64,000 bases of DNA from an uncultured Alphaproteobacteria bacterium (GTDB taxonomy: Bacteria; Pseudomonadota; Alphaproteobacteria; Rhodobacterales; Rhodobacteraceae): contig CAWHJL010000014.1 in assembly GCA_963829665.1 (NCBI GenBank), positions 34,981 to 98,980 on the forward strand, read 5' to 3'. The notes beneath the pieces are model-generated. The model made no database searches and had not been told where the DNA came from. It worked only from the letters and a program-made list of their open reading frames with translations. The translations under genes and the position numbers were made by a program. This document shows positions 7,737-17,282 of this stretch, in pieces; position 1 is the stretch's first letter; each line of letters begins with the position of its first letter.

Positions 7737-10514
7737 ATGCTGGTGCTCGGTCCCCTCGGCTTCACCGCGCCGTGGCTCCTTCTGGGGCTTCTGGCGTTGC
7801 CGATCCTGTGGCTTCTTCTGAGAGCCGTGCCCCCGGCCCCGATCCGGCGGAGATTTCCCGGCGTCGCCCTCCTGCTGGGGCTCACCGACGACGCGCAACA
7901 GAGCGACAGGACGCCTCCCTGGCTGCTGCTGCTGCGCTCGCTCGCCGTGGCCGCGTTGATCGTCGGTTTCGCCGGGCCCGTGCTCGATCCCGAGACGCGG
8001 CAGATCGGGTCCGGTCCGCTTCTCGTGCTCATGGACGGGACATGGGCGGACGCCGCCGATTGGCCGCGCCGGATCGAGCGCGCGGAGCAGGCGCTCGACG
8101 AGGCCGCCCGGACCGACCGGCCGGTGGCGCTCGTGCTCCTGACCGATCGACCCGAGGGGGCGCTTCCCTTTCGCGCCGCGCGAAGCTGGGTTTCCGAATT
8201 GCCGGGCCAGACGCCCGCGGCGTGGGCCCCCGAGGGCGCAGGCGACTGGGCGCGGGGCCTCGAGGGCGATTTCGACACGATCTGGCTGTCGGACGGGCTC
8301 GCCTATGACTGGCGGGCGGGCGTTCTCGACGCTCTCGAGACCCATGGCGGTGTACGCGTCATCGAGACCCCTCGGCCGGTCTACGGATTGCGACCGCCTG
8401 GCTACGAGAACGGCGCCATCGGGCTCGAGCTGGTCCGGGTCCGGGGAGACGGCGCGGCGCGCGTGACGGTCGAAGCCCATGGACCCGATCCCAACGGCGT
8501 CGAGAGACGGCTCGCCGCGGCGGAGGTCGCCTTTTCCGCCGGGGAGACCGAGGCGGAGGCCGCGTTGTCCCTGCCCCCCGAGCTTCGCAACCGCGTGACG
8601 CGGTTCGAGATCGCGGGCATCCGCTCGGCCGGTGCGGTCAGCCTGACCGACGATGCGCTCCGCCGTCGCGAGGTGGCGCTGATCGAGGGAACCGAGGATC
8701 GCGAGGGTCTGGAGTTGCTGGCCCCCGGCCACTATCTCCGGCAGGCGCTCGCCCCTGTGGCGGACCTGCTCGACGGGAGCCTGGACGAGGTCCTTCTCGC
8801 CAATCCCGACGCCATCATTCTCGCCGACGTGGCCACGATCCCCGAGGCGCAGGAGGAGGCGCTGCTCGACTGGATCGACGAGGGCGGGCTTCTCGTTCGG
8901 TTCGCGGGACCGCGGCTCGCCGGATCGGATGTCAGCCGATCGGCGGAGGACCCGCTCCTGCCGGTCCGGCTTCGCGCCGGCGGCCGGAGCGTCGGTGGCG
9001 CGATGAGCTGGGGCGAGCCGAAATCTCTGCGCCCCTTCGACGCCGATTCCCCGTTCAGCGGCCTGGCGATCCCCGACGAGGTCACCGTGAATGCGCAGGT
9101 TCTGGCGCAACCCGACCCGACCCTGTCCCAGCGCACCATCGCCTCGCTCGCCGACGGCACGCCGCTCGTGACCCGCAAGCGGGTCGGCGCGGGCCAGATG
9201 GTCCTGTTCCACGTGACCGCCAACGCGGAATGGTCGAACCTGCCGCTCTCCGGTCTCTTCGTGTCGATGCTGGAGAGGTTGGCGGTCTCGACCCGTCCCT
9301 CGGCGCCGGAAGCCGCCGATCTCGCCGGGACGACCTGGACGATCGACAGCCGCACCGATGCGTTCGGCCAGATCGCGGAGGCCGGAACGCTGCCCGGCGT
9401 GCCGGGAGAGGACCTCGCCCGGGCCGTGCCGGGGCCCGACACGCCGCCGGGTCTCTATGCCGGCGAGGACCGTCGGATCGCCCTGAACGTGATCGGAGCG
9501 GAGACCGCTCTCGAGCCCTCCGCCTGGCCCGCCCGCGTGCCGGTGGAGGGGCTTGCCGTGAACCGCCAGAGCCCGCTTGGCGGGCCGGTTCTCAGTCTCG
9601 GCGTGGCGCTCCTCCTGCTCGACGTGATCGCCGCGCTGTGGCTCGCGGGGCGGCTTGCCGGCTCCCGTGCCGCGGCCCTCCTGGCCATCCTGGCGGTGAC
9701 GATCCCCGCCGCGCAGGAGGTTCGCGCGCAGGAACCCGGTCGCTTTGCGGAAACCGATACCGAGTTCGCGGTGAGCGCGACCGAGGCGGTGACGCTCGCC
9801 CATGTCCTGACGGGAAATGCGGATGCCGACCGGATCGCCGCGGCGGGTCTCGAGGGGCTTTCGCTCGCGCTCTACCAACGGACCTCCGTCGAGCCGAATA
9901 CGCCGGTCGGCATCGACCTCGAAACGGACGAGCTGGCGTTCTTCCCGATGCTCTACTGGCCGGTCACGGCCGATCAGCGGACCCCCTCGGACGCGGCCTA
10001 CGCGAAGCTCAACGCCTATCTCCGTTCGGGCGGCATGATCGTGTTCGACACCCGGGACGCGGATGTCGCCGGCACGGGCAGCGCCACGCCCGCCGGACGG
10101 AAACTGCAGGAACTGGCGCTTCCGCTCGACGTGCCGCCGCTCGAGCCGATCCCGTCCGATCACGTGCTGACCCGCACATTCTATCTCCTGCAGGACTTTC
10201 CCGGGCGCTACCGCGACGGAACCCTCTGGGTCGAGGCCTCGCCGCCGGACGCGGTGGCGGTCGAGGGGATGCCGTTCCGCGACCTCAACGACAACGTGAC
10301 GCCGGTGATCATCGGCGGGAACGACTGGGCGGCGGCCTGGGCCGTGGATGATGCCGGCCGCAGAATGTTTCCCGTCGGGCGCGGCTATGCCGGAGAGCGG
10401 CAGCGGGAGATCGCACTGAGATTCGGCGTGAATCTCGTGATGCATGTCCTGACCGGCAACTACAAATCGGACCAGGTACATGTGCCTGCGCTTCTCGACC
10501 GTCTCGGCAATTGA
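7737..10514 (+). CDS. large membrane protein with a BatA-like N-terminal double-TM domain and a DUF4159-like C-terminus
   Basis: The ATG immediately follows the DUF58 stop. N-terminus is LGPLGFTAPWLLLGLLALPILWLLLR. C-terminus is FFPMLYWPV...FDTRDA...DHVLTRTFYLL...GGNDWAAAW. Confidence 0.75.
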   Translation: MLVLGPLGFTAPWLLLGLLALPILWLLLRAVPPAPIRRRFPGVALLLGLTDDAQQSDRTPPWLLLLRSLAVAALIVGFAGPVLDPETRQIGSGPLLVLMDGTWADAADWPRRIERAEQALDEAARTDRPVALVLLTDRPEGALPFRAARSWVSELPGQTPAAWAPEGAGDWARGLEGDFDTIWLSDGLAYDWRAGVLDALETHGGVRVIETPRPVYGLRPPGYENGAIGLELVRVRGDGAARVTVEAHGPDPNGVERRLAAAEVAFSAGETEAEAALSLPPELRNRVTRFEIAGIRSAGAVSLTDDALRRREVALIEGTEDREGLELLAPGHYLRQALAPVADLLDGSLDEVLLANPDAIILADVATIPEAQEEALLDWIDEGGLLVRFAGPRLAGSDVSRSAEDPLLPVRLRAGGRSVGGAMSWGEPKSLRPFDADSPFSGLAIPDEVTVNAQVLAQPDPTLSQRTIASLADGTPLVTRKRVGAGQMVLFHVTANAEWSNLPLSGLFVSMLERLAVSTRPSAPEAADLAGTTWTIDSRTDAFGQIAEAGTLPGVPGEDLARAVPGPDTPPGLYAGEDRRIALNVIGAETALEPSAWPARVPVEGLAVNRQSPLGGPVLSLGVALLLLDVIAALWLAGRLAGSRAAALLAILAVTIPAAQEVRAQEPGRFAETDTEFAVSATEAVTLAHVLTGNADADRIAAAGLEGLSLALYQRTSVEPNTPVGIDLETDELAFFPMLYWPVTADQRTPSDAAYAKLNAYLRSGGMIVFDTRDADVAGTGSATPAGRKLQELALPLDVPPLEPIPSDHVLTRTFYLLQDFPGRYRDGTLWVEASPPDAVAVEGMPFRDLNDNVTPVIIGGNDWAAAWAVDDAGRRMFPVGRGYAGERQREIALRFGVNLVMHVLTGNYKSDQVHVPALLDRLGN

Positions 10515-10529
10515 AGGAATGGGCCCAGC

Positions 10530-12584
10530 GTGACCGAGACCGTGATCTTCGACCCGCTCGTCCCCTGGGCGTTCCTGATCGGCCTGGCGGTCGCGGCGGC
10601 CCTGCTCGTGGGGCTTGCCCTGTGGCGCGGGCTTTCGGGCTGGTGGCTCCGCGCGCTGGCGGCTCTGGCGCTCCTGGCGGCACTCTCGGGCCCGTCGCTC
10701 CAGAGCGAGGATCGCGCGGCCCTGTCGGACATCGTCATCGCAGTGGTGGACGAGAGCGCGAGCCAGCGGATCGGCGACCGGCCGGACCAGTCGGAGACGG
10801 CCCTCGTGGGCCTGAGGAGCGAGGTCGCCGCGCTGCAGAATACAGAACTGCGGGTGGTGCGGATCGGCGACGGGGAGGACGACCAGGGCACTCTCCTGAT
10901 GACGGCGCTGTCGGAGGCGATGGCGGAGGAACCCCGGGCGCGCCTCGCTGGCGCCGTCCTGATCTCCGACGGCCGGCTGCACGACATCGACCTGGCACCG
11001 GACCTGCCTGCGCCCCTGCATCTGCTGATGACCGGTCACGAGACCGACTGGGACCGGCGGCTGGAGATCACCACCGCTCCCGCCTTCGCCATTCTCGACG
11101 AGCCGGTGACATTGAGGCTCCGGATCGACGACCAGGGCAGCGTGTCCGCCGCGGCGGACGGGCAGGCCGAGATCGAGATCTCCGTGGGCGGCGCGGAGCC
11201 GCGGAGCTTCACCGTCCCGACGGGCGAGGAACTCGAGCTGCCGGTGACGCTTCAGCATGCCGGAACTAACGTCATCCAGTTCCGCGTGCCGGCCGCGGAC
11301 GGGGAGCTGACCGACCGCAACAACGAGGCGGTGGTGCAAATCAACGGCGTGCGCGACAGGCTGCGCGTGCTTCTCGTGTCCGGCGAGCCGTATCCCGGGG
11401 AGCGGACCTGGCGGAACCTCCTGAAGTCGGATGCGAGCGTCGATCTGGTGCATTTCACCATCCTCCGACCCCCGGAGAAGCAGGACGGCGTTCCGGTCAC
11501 GGAACTCTCCCTCATCGCCTTTCCGACACGCGAGCTGTTCCTCGAGAAGATCGACGAGTTCGATCTGATCATCTTCGACCGCTACCAGCGCCGCGGCATC
11601 CTGCCGGCGCTGTACCTCGACAATGTACGGCAATACGTGGAGGACGGCGGGGCAGTGCTGGTGGCGGCGGGGCCGGACTACGCCTCGGCCGCCTCCCTCT
11701 ACAGGTCGCCGCTCGGCGAGGTGCTTCCGGCCGCGCCGACGAGCCGGGTGCTCGAGCAGCCCTTCCTGCCGGAGCTCACGGAGATCGGCCGTCGACACCC
11801 GGTGACCCAGGGGCTGGGCGGCGGCGGCGAGCGGCCGGATTGGGGCCGTTGGCTCAGGCAGATCGAACTGGAGCGCCTGAGCGGGCAGGTGGTGATGACC
11901 GGGATCGACGGATCCCCCCTGCTCGTGCTCGACCGGGTGGGGAAGGGGCGCGTTGCCCTTCTCGGTTCGGACCACGCCTGGCTGTGGTCGCGCGGATTCG
12001 AAGGCGGCGGCCCGCAGCTCGATCTGCTGCGGCGCCTCGCGCATTGGTCGATGCAGGAACCCGAACTCGAGGAGGAGGCGCTCACCGCGACCGCGGACGG
12101 GCAGACCATGACGATCACCCGGCGGACGCTGGGCGAGGACGTGGGCGACCTGCAGATCGAAGGTCCGGGCGGGGCCGGGACCGTGCTTCCGATGGAGGAG
12201 GTCGCCCCGGGACGCTATCAGGCGGAATATACCGGACCCGAGATCGGTCTCTACCGGCTGCGTGAGGGAGACCAGAGCGCGGTGATCGCGCTAGGGCCGC
12301 AGAATCCGCGTGAATTCGAGGAGACGGTCGCGTCGGGCGAGCTGCTCGAGGCGGTGATCGAGCCGGCCAATGGCGGGATTCGGGCAATAGAGGACGGCGT
12401 TCCGGATATCCGTGAGGTGCGGGAGGGACGACCCGCCGCCGGTCGGGGCTGGATCGGCATCACGCCGCGGGATGCCTACCTTACTGCGGAGGTCATGGTG
12501 ACCCCGCTCCTGCCGGCGTGGCTCTGGCTTCTGCTCGCGGCGGGGCTCGCCGTCGGTGCCTGGTTGCGCGAAGGGCGGCGCTAG
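10530..12584 (+). CDS. conserved membrane protein, fourth gene of the MoxR cluster (N- and C-terminal TM anchors)
   Basis: GTG start with GAAGGAATGGG upstream. TM segments at both ends. Sustained high GC3. Confidence 0.65.
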   Translation: MTETVIFDPLVPWAFLIGLAVAAALLVGLALWRGLSGWWLRALAALALLAALSGPSLQSEDRAALSDIVIAVVDESASQRIGDRPDQSETALVGLRSEVAALQNTELRVVRIGDGEDDQGTLLMTALSEAMAEEPRARLAGAVLISDGRLHDIDLAPDLPAPLHLLMTGHETDWDRRLEITTAPAFAILDEPVTLRLRIDDQGSVSAAADGQAEIEISVGGAEPRSFTVPTGEELELPVTLQHAGTNVIQFRVPAADGELTDRNNEAVVQINGVRDRLRVLLVSGEPYPGERTWRNLLKSDASVDLVHFTILRPPEKQDGVPVTELSLIAFPTRELFLEKIDEFDLIIFDRYQRRGILPALYLDNVRQYVEDGGAVLVAAGPDYASAASLYRSPLGEVLPAAPTSRVLEQPFLPELTEIGRRHPVTQGLGGGGERPDWGRWLRQIELERLSGQVVMTGIDGSPLLVLDRVGKGRVALLGSDHAWLWSRGFEGGGPQLDLLRRLAHWSMQEPELEEEALTATADGQTMTITRRTLGEDVGDLQIEGPGGAGTVLPMEEVAPGRYQAEYTGPEIGLYRLREGDQSAVIALGPQNPREFEETVASGELLEAVIEPANGGIRAIEDGVPDIREVREGRPAAGRGWIGITPRDAYLTAEVMVTPLLPAWLWLLLAAGLAVGAWLREGRR

Positions 12585-12696
12585 TCCGCCGAGAGCCGGA
12601 TCCGAAACGCGCCCGCCCGGTCTTACGGGCCGGCCCCGAACCCCTGGCGCACGCAGGGACAAGAGTTTGTCAAACGGCTTGCCGTCTTATCGCGGC

Positions 12697-13053
12697 ATGT
12701 CATCAGTGTCATCATTCCGGCGGTTTTTGAACGCCCTGACGCGGCTTCGCCCGCGCCTCGACCGGACCCGCACCACCAGCTACGCGATGGATTCGAACCA
12801 GACGGCGATTCGTAACCTGCGACGGGCCATCGAGAAGCAACGCGATCCGGGGCGCGAGAGAACCTCCATCGTGAGACAGTGCCTGGCGCGGAGTTTCGAG
12901 CTGCCGCCTGCTGGAGAGACGTCGGCCGCGCTGCAGGCCGCGGTCGAGAAGCTCAGAGCCGCGCCGACCGAGGAGCCGCGCACGTCTCGGCCGGCCCGCG
13001 GCCTGCTTCGTCACCTGAGACTCTGCCGCACGAAGCGGCGCGACGGGTCTTAG
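12697..13053 (+). CDS. possible Arg-rich 118-aa hypothetical protein
   Basis: ATG at 12697. GC3 is about 80 percent by hand count, above the non-coding background. No recognisable motif and no clear RBS. Confidence 0.35.
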   Translation: MSSVSSFRRFLNALTRLRPRLDRTRTTSYAMDSNQTAIRNLRRAIEKQRDPGRERTSIVRQCLARSFELPPAGETSAALQAAVEKLRAAPTEEPRTSRPARGLLRHLRLCRTKRRDGS

Positions 13054-13056
13054 CCT

Positions 13057-14652
13057 CTACGCGAAGATCACGTAGGTCGATGCGACCACCAGGATGATGG
13101 CCGCTCCCACCGGCACGGCGAGCGGCCAGCGGTTCAGTTCCACGTCGCCCGTATCTTCGGCGATGTAGTCGGACGACCGCGGCCGCATCCGGCCGATGAT
13201 CAGCATGACGATCACGTTGAAGACGAACAGGATCGCCATGACGTGCAGGTAGTGCGGATAGTTGTCGGCTCCGACCACGAAGGGTTTCAGGACGAACTGG
13301 CTGAAGATGTAGAGCCCGACGCCCGAAGCGAGACCGATCTTGGCGGCGATGGGCGGCACGCGCTTGGTGAACACGCCGACGAGAATGATCGTCAGGATCG
13401 GGATCGAGTAGCAGCCGTTCACTTCCTGAAGATAGCCGAAGAGGCCCTGGGGCGCGTTGGCGATGAAGGGCGCGATGGTCATCGAGGCGATGGCCAGGAC
13501 GGCGCCGAAATACTTGCCGGCCCGGATCGTCGCCCGCTCTCCCGATTCGGGCCTGATGTATTGCTGGTAGATGTCGACGCCGAAGAGCGTCACCGACGAG
13601 TTCAGCGCCGAGTTGAACGACGACAGGATCGCACCGAACAGGACGGCGGCGAAGAATCCACGAAGTGGGAAGGGCAGCACGTCGGTGACCAGCATGCCGT
13701 AGGCCCGGTCGCCGGTCTCGAGCTCGCCCGGATACATCTGCCAGGCGATGATGCCCGGCAGAACGACGATGATCGGGCCCAGGATCTTGAGGATCCCGGC
13801 ATAGAGAAGGCCCTTCTGACCCTCGGCGAGGCTCCGCGCCCCGAGCGCGCGCTGGATGATCGCCTGGTTCGTTCCCCAGTAGAAGAGTTGCACTAGCATC
13901 ATGCCGGTGAAGATGGTGGCGAAGGGGACGGGATCGTCCGGCCCGCCCATGATCTCGAACCTTTCCGGATTTTCGGACCAGAGCGTCGAGAGACCTTGGC
14001 TGAGACTGCCGCCCCCGATGGCGAGAAGGCCGAAGAATGGCACGAGGAGACCGCCGAGAAACAGGCCCACGGCGTTGATCGTGTCGGATACCGCCACCGC
14101 CTTGAGCCCGCCGAAGATGGCGTAGATCGATCCCACGATGCCGATCGCCCAGACCGTGATCCAGAGCGCGGCGGTCTGCGAGACCCCCAGCACCGCGTCG
14201 ACGTCGAACATTTCCGAAAGGGCGAGAGCGCCGGAATAGAGCACGATCGGCAGCAGGATGACGGCGTAGCCGGTCAGGAACAGGAGCGAGGTCGCCGTCT
14301 TGACGCCCGAATCGTAGCGATGCTCGAGAAAGGAGGGCACCGTGGAGACGCCGCGCTGGAGATATCTGGGCAGGAGCAGAAGCGCTGTCACGACCATGGC
14401 GATGGCCGCCAGCGTCTCCCACGCCATGACGAGAATCCCGTAGGAATAGGCCTGCCCCGTGAGTCCCACGATCTGCTCCGTCGAGAGATTCGTGAGCAGG
14501 AGCGAGCCGGCGATCACCGGCGCCGTGAGGCTGCGTCCGCCGAGATAGTAGCCCTCGCCCGATCCGGCGTCGGTGCCGCGCGTCCAGAACCAGGACAGAA
14601 CGGCGACGAGCGCAGTGAATCCGACGAAGGCGACGATGTTGAACGTGCCCAT
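13057..14652 (-). CDS. sodium:solute symporter (SSS/SGLT family)
   Basis: YYLGGRSLTAPVIAGSLLLTNLSTEQIVGLTGQAY and about 13-14 TM segments. Strong RBS (GGGGGAGGA). Confidence 0.9.
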   Translation of the reverse strand: MGTFNIVAFVGFTALVAVLSWFWTRGTDAGSGEGYYLGGRSLTAPVIAGSLLLTNLSTEQIVGLTGQAYSYGILVMAWETLAAIAMVVTALLLLPRYLQRGVSTVPSFLEHRYDSGVKTATSLLFLTGYAVILLPIVLYSGALALSEMFDVDAVLGVSQTAALWITVWAIGIVGSIYAIFGGLKAVAVSDTINAVGLFLGGLLVPFFGLLAIGGGSLSQGLSTLWSENPERFEIMGGPDDPVPFATIFTGMMLVQLFYWGTNQAIIQRALGARSLAEGQKGLLYAGILKILGPIIVVLPGIIAWQMYPGELETGDRAYGMLVTDVLPFPLRGFFAAVLFGAILSSFNSALNSSVTLFGVDIYQQYIRPESGERATIRAGKYFGAVLAIASMTIAPFIANAPQGLFGYLQEVNGCYSIPILTIILVGVFTKRVPPIAAKIGLASGVGLYIFSQFVLKPFVVGADNYPHYLHVMAILFVFNVIVMLIIGRMRPRSSDYIAEDTGDVELNRWPLAVPVGAAIILVVASTYVIFA

Positions 14653-15056
14653 GTGATCCTCCCCCTACCTTCGCCAAAGCTAACCCGTCTGTTGGCGGAA
14701 ACCATGCCGGTTCGTGGCGCTACGGCAACGGAAAGTCCGAGCGTTGCCCATCCCACCCAGTCGACGAGGTTCGGCTGCGGATGTGGAAGCTTGATGCGCC
14801 GTCGGGAAACGCGACGCCAAAGATCGACAGCGCGAACGGCTGCTCCTTGACACGGGGATGCCGGCGCTTGCGGGTGACGAGTACGGCACCGCCTGCGTCT
14901 TCCCCGCCAGCCCTCGGCGTGATCCTCCCGCGAGATGGTCACCGCCACGCGCCAGGCGCTCCCCTTCCCGGACAGGCCGGGCACCGACGATCGGGGCCGG
15001 ATCGGCTGCGGCGACGGAAGGGAGCGGCAGAAGAAGCGGTCCGCGGGGCACGCGCA

Positions 15057-15758
15057 TCATGTCTCTTCGTGCCGGCGCGTGAGGATCGCGCGGGTGATGG
15101 AACGGTATTCCCGCGACCACATCACCCAGAAGACGGCGACGCTCGCCGCGAACAGCGGAATCGGCCCGGCGAGCCAGGCGAGAGCGGCGAGAGCGACATA
15201 GGTGCCGCGCAGCCCGCGGTTGAAGTTCCACGCCGCGCGGATGTTCAGGTCCGCGGCCTGTGACGCGCGAAAAAGGACGTCCGGCGCGTCGGGATCGTTC
15301 GGAACCGCCGCCATGACCACGGCGCAGTAGCCGAAGAGCCGGTTCGACCAGACGAACTTCAGGAAACTGTCGGTCAACAGGATCGCCACCAACACGAGTT
15401 TCATCTCGTAGACCGCCACCGGCGCCGCGTTGCCCAATTCGCCGGCCACGCCCGAGAGCTGTTCGGCGTTGCCGATCAGAGCCAGGACGCCGCCAATCCC
15501 GATCACCAGGGTCGAGGCGAAGAAGGCCGCTCCCTGCCGCAGCAGGGACAGGATCGTCGCATCGAAGATCCGCGGATGGCGCGTGACCATCTGCACCATC
15601 CAGTCGCGGCGCTGCTGCATCATCAGCAACGCCACGGACGGGTATTTGCTGTCCGGTCGTTCGATCATCCAACCGAGCACGAACCAGCCGATGAACAGGA
15701 ACCCGACGGCGAGGGCGTCGAGCGGCGAGAAGAGCGAGAGGCGGGCGAGGGACGGCAT
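15057..15758 (-). CDS. DUF599 family membrane protein
   Basis: These are the last 233 codons of the 740-aa ORF, starting at MPSLARLS. Four hydrophobic segments. The upstream part of that ORF is antisense to glcD. Confidence 0.7.
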   Translation of the reverse strand: MPSLARLSLFSPLDALAVGFLFIGWFVLGWMIERPDSKYPSVALLMMQQRRDWMVQMVTRHPRIFDATILSLLRQGAAFFASTLVIGIGGVLALIGNAEQLSGVAGELGNAAPVAVYEMKLVLVAILLTDSFLKFVWSNRLFGYCAVVMAAVPNDPDAPDVLFRASQAADLNIRAAWNFNRGLRGTYVALAALAWLAGPIPLFAASVAVFWVMWSREYRSITRAILTRRHEET

Positions 15759-15839
15759 CGAGGGGAGCCTACGTCGCGCGACCGTGCCTTGCCAGTCCGT
15801 CGCTCGAGACCTAGCCTCTCCGGTCAGGAGGATCTCCCC

Positions 15840-17282
15840 ATGCAGATGCCCGAGCCGAACCCACGCATCCTGTCGCGGAAGGCCGAGATCGTCCGCCGGC
15901 TCGCTGCGATCCTGCCCGAGGACGCTCTGATCCACGCGCCCGCGGAACTTCGCGCCTACGAATGCGATGCGCTGACGGCCTATGCCTGCCCGCCGCTCGC
16001 GGTCATCCTGCCCGCCACGACGGAGGAGGTGGCAGCGTGTCTCTGCGCGTGCCGCGAAGAGGGCGTGCCGGTCATCCCCCGCGGCTCGGGCACCTCGCTC
16101 GCAGGCGGGGCGCTGCCGACGGCCGACAGCGTCATCCTCGGCGTCAGCCGCATGACGGAAGTGCTGGAGACGAGCTACGAGGACCGGATCATCCGCGTGC
16201 AGACCGGCCGGACGAACCTTTCGGTCACGGGCGCGGTCGAGGCGGACGGATTCTTCTACGCGCCCGATCCCTCGTCGCAGCTCGCCTGCGCCATCGCGGG
16301 CAACATCGCGATGAATTCGGGCGGCGCCCACTGCCTGAAATACGGCGTCACCACCAACAATCTCCTTGGCGCCACCGTGGTTCTCATGGACGGCACGGTG
16401 GTCGAGCTGGGCGGGGCGCACATGGATGCCGGCGGGCTCGATCTTCTCGGGCTGATCTGCGGCTCCGAAGGCCAGCTCGGCGTGGTGACCGAGGCGACGC
16501 TTCGCATCCTGCCCTCGCCGGAAGGCGCGCGGCCCTGCCTCATCGGCTTCGATTCCTCGGAGACCGCGGGCCAGTGCGTCAGCGACATCATCAAGGCGGG
16601 CATCCTGCCGGTGGCGATCGAGTTCATGGACCGGCCGTGCATCCGCGCGACCGACGACTTCTCGGGCGCGGGCTATCCCGACTGCGCGGCGATGCTGATC
16701 GTCGAGGTCGAGGGCTCGGAGGACGAGATCGACGAGCAGCTGGGCGTCATCACCCAGATCGCGCGGAGGCTCGACCCCGTGGAGGTCCGCGTCTCGCAAA
16801 GCGAGGAGGAGAGCGCTCGCATCTGGCTCGGCCGGAAGTCGGCCTTCGGGGCGATGGGGCAGCTGAACGACTACATCTGCCTCGACGGGACCATTCCGGT
16901 GGGCGAACTGCCGCTGGTCCTGCGGCGCATCGGCGAACTCGCCGAGGGCTACGGGCTGGAGGTCGCTAACGTCTTCCATGCCGGTGACGGCAACATGCAC
17001 CCGCTGATCCTGTTCAACGCCAACGAGGCGGGGCAGCTCCACAAGGCCGAGGGTCTCGGCGCAGACATCCTGAGGCTCTGCGTCGAGGTCGGCGGCTGTC
17101 TCACCGGCGAGCACGGCGTCGGCGTCGAGAAGCGCGACCTGATGGAAGCGCAGTTCGACGCCGTCGATCTCGAGGCACAGATGCGGGTGAAGGACGTGTT
17201 CGATCCGGACTGGCTGCTGAACCCCGCCAAGGTCTTCCCCCTCGCCACGAGCGCCGGTCGCCGCATGGCGGCCGCGCAATGA
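15840..17282 (+). CDS. glcD: glycolate oxidase FAD-linked subunit GlcD
   Basis: CAGGAGGA RBS with ATG at 15840. FAD-binding PCMH motif VIPRGSGTSLAGGALP. C-terminal GEHGVGVEKRDLM. Confidence 0.9.
   Translation: MQMPEPNPRILSRKAEIVRRLAAILPEDALIHAPAELRAYECDALTAYACPPLAVILPATTEEVAACLCACREEGVPVIPRGSGTSLAGGALPTADSVILGVSRMTEVLETSYEDRIIRVQTGRTNLSVTGAVEADGFFYAPDPSSQLACAIAGNIAMNSGGAHCLKYGVTTNNLLGATVVLMDGTVVELGGAHMDAGGLDLLGLICGSEGQLGVVTEATLRILPSPEGARPCLIGFDSSETAGQCVSDIIKAGILPVAIEFMDRPCIRATDDFSGAGYPDCAAMLIVEVEGSEDEIDEQLGVITQIARRLDPVEVRVSQSEEESARIWLGRKSAFGAMGQLNDYICLDGTIPVGELPLVLRRIGELAEGYGLEVANVFHAGDGNMHPLILFNANEAGQLHKAEGLGADILRLCVEVGGCLTGEHGVGVEKRDLMEAQFDAVDLEAQMRVKDVFDPDWLLNPAKVFPLATSAGRRMAAAQ

Noticed and set aside
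6501-12044. 1847-aa ORF on the minus strand, the longest in the track
   Set aside because: It lies entirely antisense to the MoxR/DUF58/BatA_N/membrane genes. Its translation is low-complexity, rich in R/G/P/A/E, with no domain signatures. Long stop-free antisense frames are expected in DNA this GC-rich because of the codon bias of the sense genes.
12789-12799. GGATTCGAACC, the reverse complement of the canonical tRNA T-arm GGTTCGAATCC, suggesting a minus-strand tRNA or tRNA fragment / att site
   Set aside because: The flanks do not fold into a tRNA. The T-stem has only 3 pairs, and there is no matching 5' acceptor strand about 70 nt upstream. The 11-mer is most simply the codons ATG GAT TCG AAC CAG of the candidate ORF.
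15759-17279. N-terminal 507 codons of the 740-aa minus-strand ORF
   Set aside because: Only the last 233 codons (from MPSLARLS at 15758) look like a protein (DUF599, hydrophobic helices). The upstream portion is antisense to glcD and compositionally shadow-like.
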